Below, in pieces: positions 1-5,959 of a stretch of DNA of 32,000 bases. The DNA comes from Crocosphaera subtropica ATCC 51142 (GTDB taxonomy: Bacteria; Cyanobacteriota; Cyanobacteriia; Cyanobacteriales; Microcystaceae). Positions within the stretch are counted from its first letter, which is position 1. Each line of letters starts with the position of its first letter. The stretch lies in assembly GCF_000017845.1 (NCBI RefSeq), contig NC_010546.1:3240001-3272000 (forward strand), read 5' to 3'. The notes below the pieces were generated by a model that saw only the letters and a program-made list of their open reading frames with translations, had not been told where the DNA came from and did no database searches. Made by a program: the position numbers and the translations under genes.

Positions 1-164
1 ATAATTGTCTCCAAAGTATGCAAGTTTATGAGCATCAGTTACCTTTAATTAGTGAGGAAACCTTACAACCTAAAGTCATTAAGTCCAATGTTGAAGTGAT
101 TGATATTCCTGTTGGCAATGGTCACAACTCAGATGTTGATATTGAGGTAGTTGATCTCGTTTAG
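1..164 (+). CDS. 3' end of an unidentified gene (partial)
   Basis: Frame 3 is open from the window edge (...VIDIPVGNGHNSDVDIEVVDLV*) to TAG at 162-164, and a strong hairpin follows 20 nt later. The fragment is too short to assign a family. Confidence 0.35.
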   Translation, partial: NCLQSMQVYEHQLPLISEETLQPKVIKSNVEVIDIPVGNGHNSDVDIEVVDLV

Positions 165-183
165 ATTTTTCTGGGGTGAGTAA

Positions 184-212
184 GCTAAAACGCATTTTAA
201 ATGCGTTTTAGC
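184..212 (+). terminator. Near-perfect 29-nt palindrome (hairpin) downstream of the partial gene
   Basis: GCTAAAACGCATT-TTA-AATGCGTTTTAGC gives a 13-bp stem. There is no clean T-tract, so it could act in either direction or serve as an RNA-stability element. Confidence 0.5.
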
Positions 213-315
213 AAGGCAAAAATCAAAAGTCAAAAGTTAAAAACAAAGTAAATCATAGCTTTTTGATTGAGCTTATTATTTACTCTATTATTTTGTACAA
301 ATTTTTAACAATTTT

Positions 316-725
316 TTGAGGTATATTATGAGTCAAGATCGAATTTGTGGACATAATGAGTGTTTAAAGAATGGTGATGATGTTATTGCGTTTTCTGCTG
401 ATTCAATTTGTAAGTTAGCTATTTTGAAACAAAAAATAGAAACTTTTTTATCCAGTGAAGTTTCTAATCAATTAGTAGATTTTCTTGGAAAAGCAGGTAT
501 GAAATATTTACAAATTTTTCTAGTTCTAAAGGTTCTACTAAGCAGTATTTAACGAATAATAAATGGCTAACAGAGGGAAAAGAATGTGAAATATTACAAG
601 TGGGTTCTAATAGCTGGAAAAAAGGAAAAATCAGACTTAAAGTAAGCTTAGAATTTATTCCCGATGAACCAAAAATTAAGGAAATAGAATCACCTTTAGA
701 TGATATTCGTCAGTCTATAAATTAA
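316..725 (+). pseudogene. KGK-domain protein gene interrupted by a frameshift
   Basis: ATG 316 opens frame 1 (MSQDRICGHNECLKNGDDV...VDFLGKAG), which stops at 550-552. Frame 3 is open from 468 and reads ...FSSSKGSTKQYLTNNKWLTEGKECEILQVGSNSWKKGKIRLKVSLEFIPDEPKIKEIESPLDDIRQSIN* (TAA 723-725), with no ATG of its own. The WKKGKIRLKVSLEF...SPLDDIRQ tail is the cyanobacterial KGK-domain signature. Confidence 0.55.
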
Positions 726-822
726 GAATGAACCTTTGTCGGGTGGTTTAACTAATCAATTATTTTAGACGATAGCGACAAATTAATCCCTTGGAAATAA
801 TTTTCTCAATTTTCTGAAATAG

Positions 823-896
823 GGCGAACGATGGGACTTGAACCCACGAATGCCGGAACCACAATCCGGTGCCTTAACCACTTGGCTACGCTCGCC
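823..896 (-). tRNA. trnH: tRNA-His (anticodon GTG) with genomically encoded G-1
   Basis: The reverse complement reads G-GCGAGCG-TA-GCC-AAGTGGTTAA-GGC-A-CCGGA-TTGTGGT-TCCGG-CATTC-GTGGG-TTCAAGT-CCCAT-CGTTCGC-C. It has a 7-bp acceptor stem (one G-U pair), an anticodon loop with central GTG, and a TPsiC loop TTCAAGT. The extra 5' G pairs with discriminator C73, as is typical of tRNA-His. CCA is not encoded. Confidence 0.93.
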
Positions 897-937
897 ATAC
901 ACCTTTGTTATTATAACATCATTTTTTCATTATGCAC

Positions 938-973
938 AAAAAAATGTAGGGTCAGTTAATGAGTTGACCCTAC
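938..973 (-). terminator. Rho-independent terminator of the peroxiredoxin gene
   Basis: On the minus strand, GTAGGGTCA-loop-TGACCCTAC (9-bp stem, 946-954/965-973) is followed by T7 (plus-strand A-run 938-944). It lies 24 nt after the stop codon. Confidence 0.85.
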
Positions 974-996
974 TCTCGATATCTCAAGAATGAAAT

Positions 997-1569
997 CTAG
1001 CCAACAAAGGCTTTCACCGGTTCAGAAACGCCAGAAGACTCGGTTCCTTTGAGGTAAGCTAACATGGTATCAGCGTCAGACACTTCAAAGGGATCAGTAG
1101 GACAGTTATCTTCATAACCTGGTTCTACAAACATTTTCTCGATCTTGCAGTCGTTAACTAGCATAGAATAACGCCAAGAACGCATTCCAAAACCGAGGTT
1201 AGATTTATCAACTAACATTCCCATTTTACGAGTAAATTCACCGTTTCCATCAGGTAGTAAGAAGACGTTTTTAGCCTCTTGTTGTTTTCCCCATTGGAAC
1301 ATGGTGAAAGCGTCGTTGACAGAAATACAAATAACTTCGTCAACCCCTAACGCTTTGAATTCGTCGTATAACTCTTCGTAGCGAGGTAAGTGGTTAGAGG
1401 AGCAGGTGGGGGTAAATGCACCAGGTAAGGAGAAAACGATTACTTTCTTACCCTTGAAAATTTCTTCGCTGGTTAAATCTTGCCAACGATAGGGGTTAGG
1501 TCCGGGAACGGACTCATCACGAACACGGGTTTTAAATACAACACTGGGTACAGTTTCGATAGCGCCCAT
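997..1569 (-). CDS. Type II (Prx5-like) peroxiredoxin, AhpC/TSA family
   Basis: 190 aa. It carries the [17 protein letters not shown] peroxidatic-Cys motif and is collinear, as I recall it, with Synechocystis sll1621-type PrxII ([23 protein letters not shown]...SEPVKAFVG). Confidence 0.93.
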   Translation of the reverse strand: MGAIETVPSVVFKTRVRDESVPGPNPYRWQDLTSEEIFKGKKVIVFSLPGAFTPTCSSNHLPRYEELYDEFKALGVDEVICISVNDAFTMFQWGKQQEAKNVFLLPDGNGEFTRKMGMLVDKSNLGFGMRSWRYSMLVNDCKIEKMFVEPGYEDNCPTDPFEVSDADTMLAYLKGTESSGVSEPVKAFVG

Positions 1570-1619
1570 ATTTCACCTCTTGACAATCAGTTTTGTATCA
1601 GCTTTTACTGCTATATCTC

Positions 1620-1725
1620 AGAATAATTCTTATTTAAGAAAAAGTCAACAGTAATAATTACCTAATTTCTTGAATAATCTTAATATAAGACCTAATCTAA
1701 AAAACGTTAAATTATAATATAAGAA
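1620..1725. promoter_or_regulatory. Divergent prx/perR control region with candidate Fur/PerR-box-like AT palindromes
   Basis: AGAAT-A-ATTCT (1620-1630), GTAAT-A-ATTAC (1651-1661), the related TGAATAATCT (1671-1680), and TTATAAT (1712-1718). The last matches a half-site of the B. subtilis PerR box TTATAATnATTATAA and also looks like a -10 element about 34 nt upstream of ATG 1752. Confidence 0.3.
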
Positions 1726-1751
1726 GGCATCAATAAGAGAAAGCTAAGACG

Positions 1752-2165
1752 ATGAAACAAGAAGCAAATACCATCGTAAACATCTTAAAAAAGAAGAAAT
1801 TAAGGGTTACACCGCAGCGTTTTGCGGTTTACGCCAATTTACTTCATAGAACAGATCATCCTACTGCTGAGCAGATTTTAAACGACCTCAATAAAGATGC
1901 CCCGACTTCTTCTCAAGCAACGGTTTACAGTGCCCTGCAAGCTTTACGTCAAGTAGGTTTAGTGCGAGAAGTGTTGTTAGAGCCAGGAATTTGTCGTTAT
2001 GATGCTAATATCGAAGCACACCACCACTTTCGTTGTCGTTGTTGCGGTGTGATAGAGGATCTGCCTTGGGAAACCTTTGAATCGATTAATATAAACGGAT
2101 TACGCCAAGGGATTAAAGCAGAAAGATATGAAGTGATCGTTGAAGGTATTTGCGATCGCTGTTAA
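1752..2165 (+). CDS. Fur-family transcriptional regulator, PerR-like
   Basis: 137 aa. Winged-helix N-terminus (LRVTPQRFAVYANLL...HPTAEQI), an HHHFRCRCCG metal-site motif and a C-terminal CDRC. It is divergent from a peroxiredoxin, the same arrangement as the Synechocystis slr1738/sll1621 pair. Confidence 0.88.
   Translation: MKQEANTIVNILKKKKLRVTPQRFAVYANLLHRTDHPTAEQILNDLNKDAPTSSQATVYSALQALRQVGLVREVLLEPGICRYDANIEAHHHFRCRCCGVIEDLPWETFESININGLRQGIKAERYEVIVEGICDRC
2152..2159. repeat. HIP1 (GCGATCGC) site, representative of 22 copies found by eye
   Basis: Copies start at 2152, 3628, 4394, 4727, 5732, 7076, 7585, 10340, 11338, 12561, 15119, 15253, 19034, 19772, 21134, 21937, 23793, 23904, 24156, 26487, 26792 and 30000. 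A random 8-mer would be expected less than once in 32 kb. Confidence 0.9.
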
Positions 2166-2382
2166 TAATTCATTAAAGTTAAGCGATTAAATGGAAAACA
2201 ATCAGCCAAAATCAAATCGTTTCCACTTCTAAGGATAGTCAGGGATTTTCTTTGACTATTTATTAAGAAAAATTTTGCGGTTATAAGAGAAAAACGAGGA
2301 ATTGCCAAAATAACACGGGAGCATTAAAGCCATCGTCTTTTAAGGGATGTGGTGAATGGGACTCCCCTTGACTGGGGTAATG

Positions 2383-2452
2383 TCTGAACAGGTGGATTGA
2401 TCCCCTGTTCAGATAACCTCTAGAATGCCTATCAATTTATTGCAGGCATTCT
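2383..2452. terminator. Two consecutive strong hairpins between convergent genes
   Basis: TCTGAACAGG(2383-2392)/CCTGTTCAGA(2404-2413) and AGAATGCCT(2422-2430)/AGGCATTCT(2444-2452). The second abuts the stop codon of the minus-strand gene at 2460. There are no clean U-tracts. Confidence 0.5.
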
Positions 2453-2459
2453 CAAAACT

Positions 2460-2807
2460 TTATCTATTACTATCTAGACTCAGTGGAACAAAATCACCAT
2501 AAATGGTTAATCCTAATAACATCGGTTCCCCTCCTTGAATGAGTTTCCCCGTCAATACACAACTTTCATCTTTCCTAGCTACTGCTTCGATGGTGGCACG
2601 AATATCTACGCCCGAAAATTGCGGTCGATAGTCTCCTGACTTTTGCTGTACATAGTTCCAGAGAATATCCCTGATTAATGCTTGATAACCTTGATGGCCA
2701 GAAAGCTCTTTAAGCTTATCTTTGAGGGTTTTTTCTAAACGGATGCTGGTGACTTCCATTTCAGTGGTTGAAGTACGGGGAAGGGTTTTCATAATTTTTT
2801 TCCTCAT
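2460..2807 (-). CDS. Conserved hypothetical protein, possible ribbon-helix-helix N-terminus
   Basis: 115-aa ORF. The segment VTSIRLEKTLKDKLKELS resembles a CopG/RHH strand-helix. An alternative start is Met6 (2792). Confidence 0.7.
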   Translation of the reverse strand: MRKKIMKTLPRTSTTEMEVTSIRLEKTLKDKLKELSGHQGYQALIRDILWNYVQQKSGDYRPQFSGVDIRATIEAVARKDESCVLTGKLIQGGEPMLLGLTIYGDFVPLSLDSNR

Positions 2808-2841
2808 GAAAAAGTAGACATTTCAGTAATATAAGTGTAGT

Positions 2842-3138
2842 ATGAAAAAGTCTCTTTTAACACGGTTGAAAACCTTCATGTTACTTTTTTCTGGCCTCAA
2901 TTTATTTCTCCAGGTCTTCAGTGGTTGCCAAGGGTGGCCAACTGTGATCATGGGAAAGAAGGGGTTAGAGATAAAGAGTAATTGTCCAACTAAGCAAGCA
3001 ACAGCCTTTAATTTTCCCATAGGGAGTCTATTTCATCGAGATTATCCCCTCTCAGGCGATAATGAATCTCCAGAGATTAGAACATCCCTAACCCTCAAAA
3101 GCGGGTGGTGGAGGCAAATCTTCCCTATCCTTAGATAA
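2842..3138 (+). CDS. Possible small lipoprotein (hypothetical)
   Basis: 98 aa with MKKSLLTRLKTFMLLFSGLNLFLQVFSGC. This gives a basic n-region, a hydrophobic core and a lipobox-like FSGC. A canonical terminator follows 28 nt downstream. The composition is otherwise unconvincing, and the region could instead encode an sRNA. Confidence 0.4.
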   Translation: MKKSLLTRLKTFMLLFSGLNLFLQVFSGCQGWPTVIMGKKGLEIKSNCPTKQATAFNFPIGSLFHRDYPLSGDNESPEIRTSLTLKSGWWRQIFPILR

Positions 3139-3165
3139 ATACCTAATTCCTCAAGGTTTGTCTGA

Positions 3166-3207
3166 CCCCCCGCTTTACTCCTCTAGTAGAAAGTGGGGGG
3201 TTTTGTT
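3166..3207 (+). terminator. Rho-independent terminator
   Basis: CCCCCCGCTTT(3166-3176)/AAAGTGGGGGG(3190-3200) forms an 11-bp stem with one G-U pair, followed by TTTTGTT. Confidence 0.8.
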
Positions 3208-3311
3208 AGATAAACCAGAGTAAAAAAATGTGATATTTATCTATTATTGTTGTTCTCTTTCTTATCGACTCACATCAATGATTTCTGTCATTTTTAAAGC
3301 CAAAAAAGACG

Positions 3312-3689
3312 ATGTTAAAACTAACTTATACCCATAATGGATTTTATATTGATTATCTTCAAGAGTCCTTAGAGGCTTGGGTAACAACTCGTGTCATCTT
3401 AGCGTTACGGTCAGGAACCAGTCTTTGTGTTGAACCGAGTAGTGCTTCTTTTTTAATTTCTTTAGACTTACCTTATGTCAATCAACTATTAGAAGATGTG
3501 AACGAATTTACAGGGGAAATTGTCGAGGTTAACCGTTGTGATGAAGAAGCGATGGAAGTTGTTCTAGAAGGTACTTGGTTAGGTTCGGATATCGCTAGTG
3601 AAGAAGGGATATTTGTCTGTCGTTTAAGCGATCGCTTAGAATCTCTTCTGTATCAAATTTGGCAAGAGTCGCCGGTAAAGATTAATTAA
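3312..3689 (+). CDS. Conserved hypothetical protein
   Basis: 125-aa ORF with host-like composition that contains a HIP1 site (3628-3635). No family recognised. Confidence 0.75.
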   Translation: MLKLTYTHNGFYIDYLQESLEAWVTTRVILALRSGTSLCVEPSSASFLISLDLPYVNQLLEDVNEFTGEIVEVNRCDEEAMEVVLEGTWLGSDIASEEGIFVCRLSDRLESLLYQIWQESPVKIN

Positions 3690-3714
3690 GTATTAGATGG
3701 GACAAAATTCTATT

Positions 3715-3744
3715 AGTTGGGTTTCGTCCCTCTACCCAACCTAC
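3715..3744 (-). repeat. REP copy A
   Basis: The plus strand reads AGTTGGGTTTCGTCCCTCTACCCAACCTAC: a 7-bp stem GTTGGGT/ACCCAAC plus a terminal CTAC, which is GTAG on the minus strand. Confidence 0.85.
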
Positions 3745-3783
3745 AAGATTGCGCACCGCGAAGCTGATTTCTTCGAGATCGCA

Positions 3784-4392
3784 CTAAAACTCAATAATCA
3801 AATTATATTTAATACTAGCTAAACAAAAATTGTATAAGCATAAAAGAAGCATTTTTTCAAATCCTAATGGATCATTTTCAAGCTCATAAATTCTTTGCTC
3901 ATAGAGAAGTTCAAAATCAGGAGTATAATTACCTAAATCTAGTTTTAGCTTATCTGCTAATTCTGTTAATTCATCTTTTAACTGAATACTAGACCCCATA
4001 CTTGTTAGAAAATCATCGGGAAGAAGTACATCTTTAAAATCTATAGGAACATAGCAACCAAAATAGTTATGATGCCAGAGGAGGTGAGACTGTTTTTCTG
4101 TAAAAATTTCCTTAGCTAAAGATAAGAAAAATATTCGTTCACCAATAAAAAGAGAATCACTTTCAGGAGTCCAATCAGGATTAGCTTCTAATTCAAGAAA
4201 AACATTTTTTAAAAGATTAATATCTGAAAAACTTATATTCAGCCAGGGTAAGACAATATCATCTGGTAATCTGTCAGGGCAGAAATTATAAGTTGATAAA
4301 CCAATTTGTTTTAATTGCTCATTTATATCAGTAATTTTATCCAAAATTCCATCATATATTTTATATCCTAGTAATCTAATAATTAATGACAT
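3784..4392 (-). CDS. Hypothetical protein, AT-rich orphan gene bracketed by inverted REPs
   Basis: 202 aa counted from Met48 of the 249-aa track ORF (MSLIIRLLGYKIYDG...). The upstream 47 codons run through REP B and the 3' end of the RAYT gene, so I discount them. No family recognised; it contains LLWHHNYFGCYVPIDF. Confidence 0.65.
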   Translation of the reverse strand: MSLIIRLLGYKIYDGILDKITDINEQLKQIGLSTYNFCPDRLPDDIVLPWLNISFSDINLLKNVFLELEANPDWTPESDSLFIGERIFFLSLAKEIFTEKQSHLLWHHNYFGCYVPIDFKDVLLPDDFLTSMGSSIQLKDELTELADKLKLDLGNYTPDFELLYEQRIYELENDPLGFEKMLLLCLYNFCLASIKYNLIIEF

Positions 4393-4408
4393 AGCGATCG
4401 CTGATCTC

Positions 4409-4437
4409 GTAGGTTGGGTAGAGGAACGAAACCCAAC
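4409..4437 (+). repeat. REP copy B (opposite orientation to A, C, D and E)
   Basis: GTAGGTTGGGTAGAGGAACGAAACCCAAC, located 17 nt downstream of the RAYT stop codon. Confidence 0.85.
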
Positions 4438-4453
4438 AAAACAATATAAGAAA

Positions 4454-4996
4454 TTACTCCATCCCAACATTAACATCGAAAATAGGAATTTGTGAACTTC
4501 CCCAGTTAACATCATAAACACCGCGCTGCACATAACGATAAAAACTGGAATATTCCCAATCTTTTGGACAGGAAACTAACCCATGACGAACGGGATTATA
4601 ATGAATATAATCCGCATGATTCATAAAATCTTGTTCATCTCGAATTAAATGTTCCCAAAATCGTCTTTGCCAGATAGCCCTTTCTTGTTTACTTTGTCTT
4701 GAAGTGGAAACGTTGCTTTGATATTTGCGATCGCATCTACGGCTAAACCAACTTTTAATTAACCGCCACCGAGTCGAAAACTCAGCATCTCCTTGGGGTA
4801 ATGTCCAAATACAATGAAGATGATTAGGTAAAATAACAATAGCATCAATGACGAAAGGATGTTTTTCCATGACGCTACGAAATGAATCTCGCAATAGAGC
4901 TATATTTTCTGCTTCACAGAGAAATGAACGTCGATTATGGGTAACTAAGGTAAAAAAATAGCTACTTCCTGGTTGTTTGGCCCGACGATATTGCAT
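4454..4996 (-). CDS. REP-associated tyrosine transposase (RAYT, IS200/IS605-like Y1 HUH transposase)
   Basis: 180 aa. HUH motif in ILPNHLHCIW and the catalytic-Tyr motif ADYIHYNPVRHGLV. It is flanked by inverted REPs B and C. Confidence 0.9.
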   Translation of the reverse strand: MQYRRAKQPGSSYFFTLVTHNRRSFLCEAENIALLRDSFRSVMEKHPFVIDAIVILPNHLHCIWTLPQGDAEFSTRWRLIKSWFSRRCDRKYQSNVSTSRQSKQERAIWQRRFWEHLIRDEQDFMNHADYIHYNPVRHGLVSCPKDWEYSSFYRYVQRGVYDVNWGSSQIPIFDVNVGME

Positions 4997-5140
4997 AAAT
5001 TAATCATACTCAAGATGTTATGGGTTGGGTTTCCTTCCTCTACCCAACCTACTGTCTGGTTGTTTGGCCCGACGATATTACATAAATTGATCATACTCAA
5101 AATGTTATGGGTTGGGTTTCCTTCCTCTACCCAACCTACT
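4969..5140. repeat. Tandem duplication (2 units, period 87 bp) of the RAYT 5' end, its upstream region and a REP (REP C 5024-5052, REP D 5111-5139)
   Basis: CTGGTTGTTTGGCCCGACGATATTGCATAAATT...GTTGGGTTTCCTTCCTCTACCCAACCTACT at 4969-5053 recurs at 5056-5140 with 3 substitutions. In copy 2 the RAYT start reads ATG-TAA instead of ATG-CAA. Confidence 0.9.
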
Positions 5141-5189
5141 ATAAACTACGATAAACTTAATTATTCAATGTAAAAAAGGAAAAGCTGTA

Positions 5190-5408
5190 ATGTCACAAAC
5201 CCTTCAATTTCATCAAATTTTAGAAATAATTGACGATCTTTCTCTTGATGAACAAGAGGATTTAATTAACATTATTAGACATAGACAAATCGAAAAAAGA
5301 CGAGAAGAAATTGCTGAAAATATTAACCAAGCTCGTCAAGATTATCAACAAGGAAAAGGATTTCGAGGAACGATTGATGATATTATTGCAGAATTAAACA
5401 ATGACTAA
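5190..5408 (+). CDS. Putative type II antitoxin
   Basis: 72 aa and acidic. It overlaps the downstream RelE-like toxin gene by 8 nt (ATGACTAA). Confidence 0.75.
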   Translation: MSQTLQFHQILEIIDDLSLDEQEDLINIIRHRQIEKRREEIAENINQARQDYQQGKGFRGTIDDIIAELNND

Positions 5409-5685
5409 TTTAATTCTAAGCTCTTCCTTTAAACGCTCTTTTAAAGCTCTTATAAAAAGAAAACCTGACTTCAAGCAAAAAATTGAATCGAAATTAAGAC
5501 TATTAGCTGATGATCCCTATAATCCGATATTACGCACCCACAAACTCAAAGGAAAATTATCAGGGGCTTGGGCTTGTACAGTTGAATATGATTGTCGTAT
5601 TGTGTTTTGCTTCGAGCAAAATCAAGAAACTTTAGAAGAAGAAATAAATTTAATCGATATTGGCACGCATGATGAGGTTTATTAA
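5401..5685 (+). CDS. Type II toxin, RelE/ParE superfamily (RelE/StbE/YafQ-like mRNA interferase)
   Basis: 94 aa. FKRSFKALIKRKPD...LRTHKLKGKLSGAWACTVEYDCRIVF...LIDIGTHDEVY matches the RelE/YafQ pattern. Confidence 0.85.
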   Translation: MTNLILSSSFKRSFKALIKRKPDFKQKIESKLRLLADDPYNPILRTHKLKGKLSGAWACTVEYDCRIVFCFEQNQETLEEEINLIDIGTHDEVY

Positions 5686-5691
5686 GATGAG

Positions 5692-5832
5692 GTTTACTTT
5701 GTCTTGACGTGGAAACGTTGCCTTGATATTGGCGATCGCATCGACGGCTAAATCAACTTTGAATTAACCGCCACCAAGTTGAAAACTTACCATCACCTTG
5801 GGGTAACGTCCAAATAAAATGAAGATGATTAG
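5692..5832 (-). pseudogene. Internal fragment of a second RAYT gene
   Basis: A 141-nt ungapped match to 4687-4827 of the intact gene, with about 13 mismatches. It covers NHLH(HUH)...STSRQSK with an in-frame TGA where the intact copy has TGG. Both ends are truncated. Confidence 0.85.
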
Positions 5833-5838
5833 TGATGA

Positions 5839-5867
5839 GTTGGGTTTCGTTCCTCTACCCAACCTAC
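5839..5867 (-). repeat. REP copy E
   Basis: The plus strand reads GTTGGGTTTCGTTCCTCTACCCAACCTAC. It lies 6 nt beyond the RAYT fragment. Confidence 0.85.
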
Positions 5868-5959
5868 AGACTATGGAAAAAAGTTGATAACCCAGTTACC
5901 ATGATCATAATGAGATTAAACGCTTTTTCTTCAATCGCAACACCAAGACGAAAATAACA

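Larger units (their letters stand above)
3715..5867. mobile_element. REP/RAYT cluster: five REP hairpins, one intact and one degraded RAYT gene, plus embedded cargo genes
   Basis: All five copies in this window of GTAGGTTGGGTAGAGGAACGAAACCCAAC (or its complement) lie within this 2.2 kb, around a Y1 HUH transposase gene. See the individual entries below. Confidence 0.85.

Noticed and set aside
726-996. tRNA-His as an integration site for a genomic island or prophage
   Set aside because: There is no integrase, no direct repeat of the tRNA 3' end, and no phage-like gene within the window. The neighbours are a KGK pseudogene and a core peroxiredoxin.
2166-2459. Possible riboswitch or structured ncRNA in the 294-nt gap after the PerR-like gene
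   Set aside because: I see only two generic hairpins. I could not match any consensus I know (cobalamin B12 box, TPP, glutamine, SRP, 6S, RNase P, tmRNA). It needs an Rfam scan before any claim.
4393-4533. N-terminal 47 codons of the 249-aa track ORF 3784..4533
   Set aside because: This part crosses REP B and overlaps the 3' end of the RAYT gene. The Met at 4392 gives a compact gene bounded by the REPs.
4973-5173. 66-aa plus-strand ORF with an internally repeated translation (FGPTILHKLIILKMLWVGFPSSTQPT x2)
   Set aside because: It is simply a read-through of the 87-bp tandem duplication and two REP hairpins, so it is not a gene.
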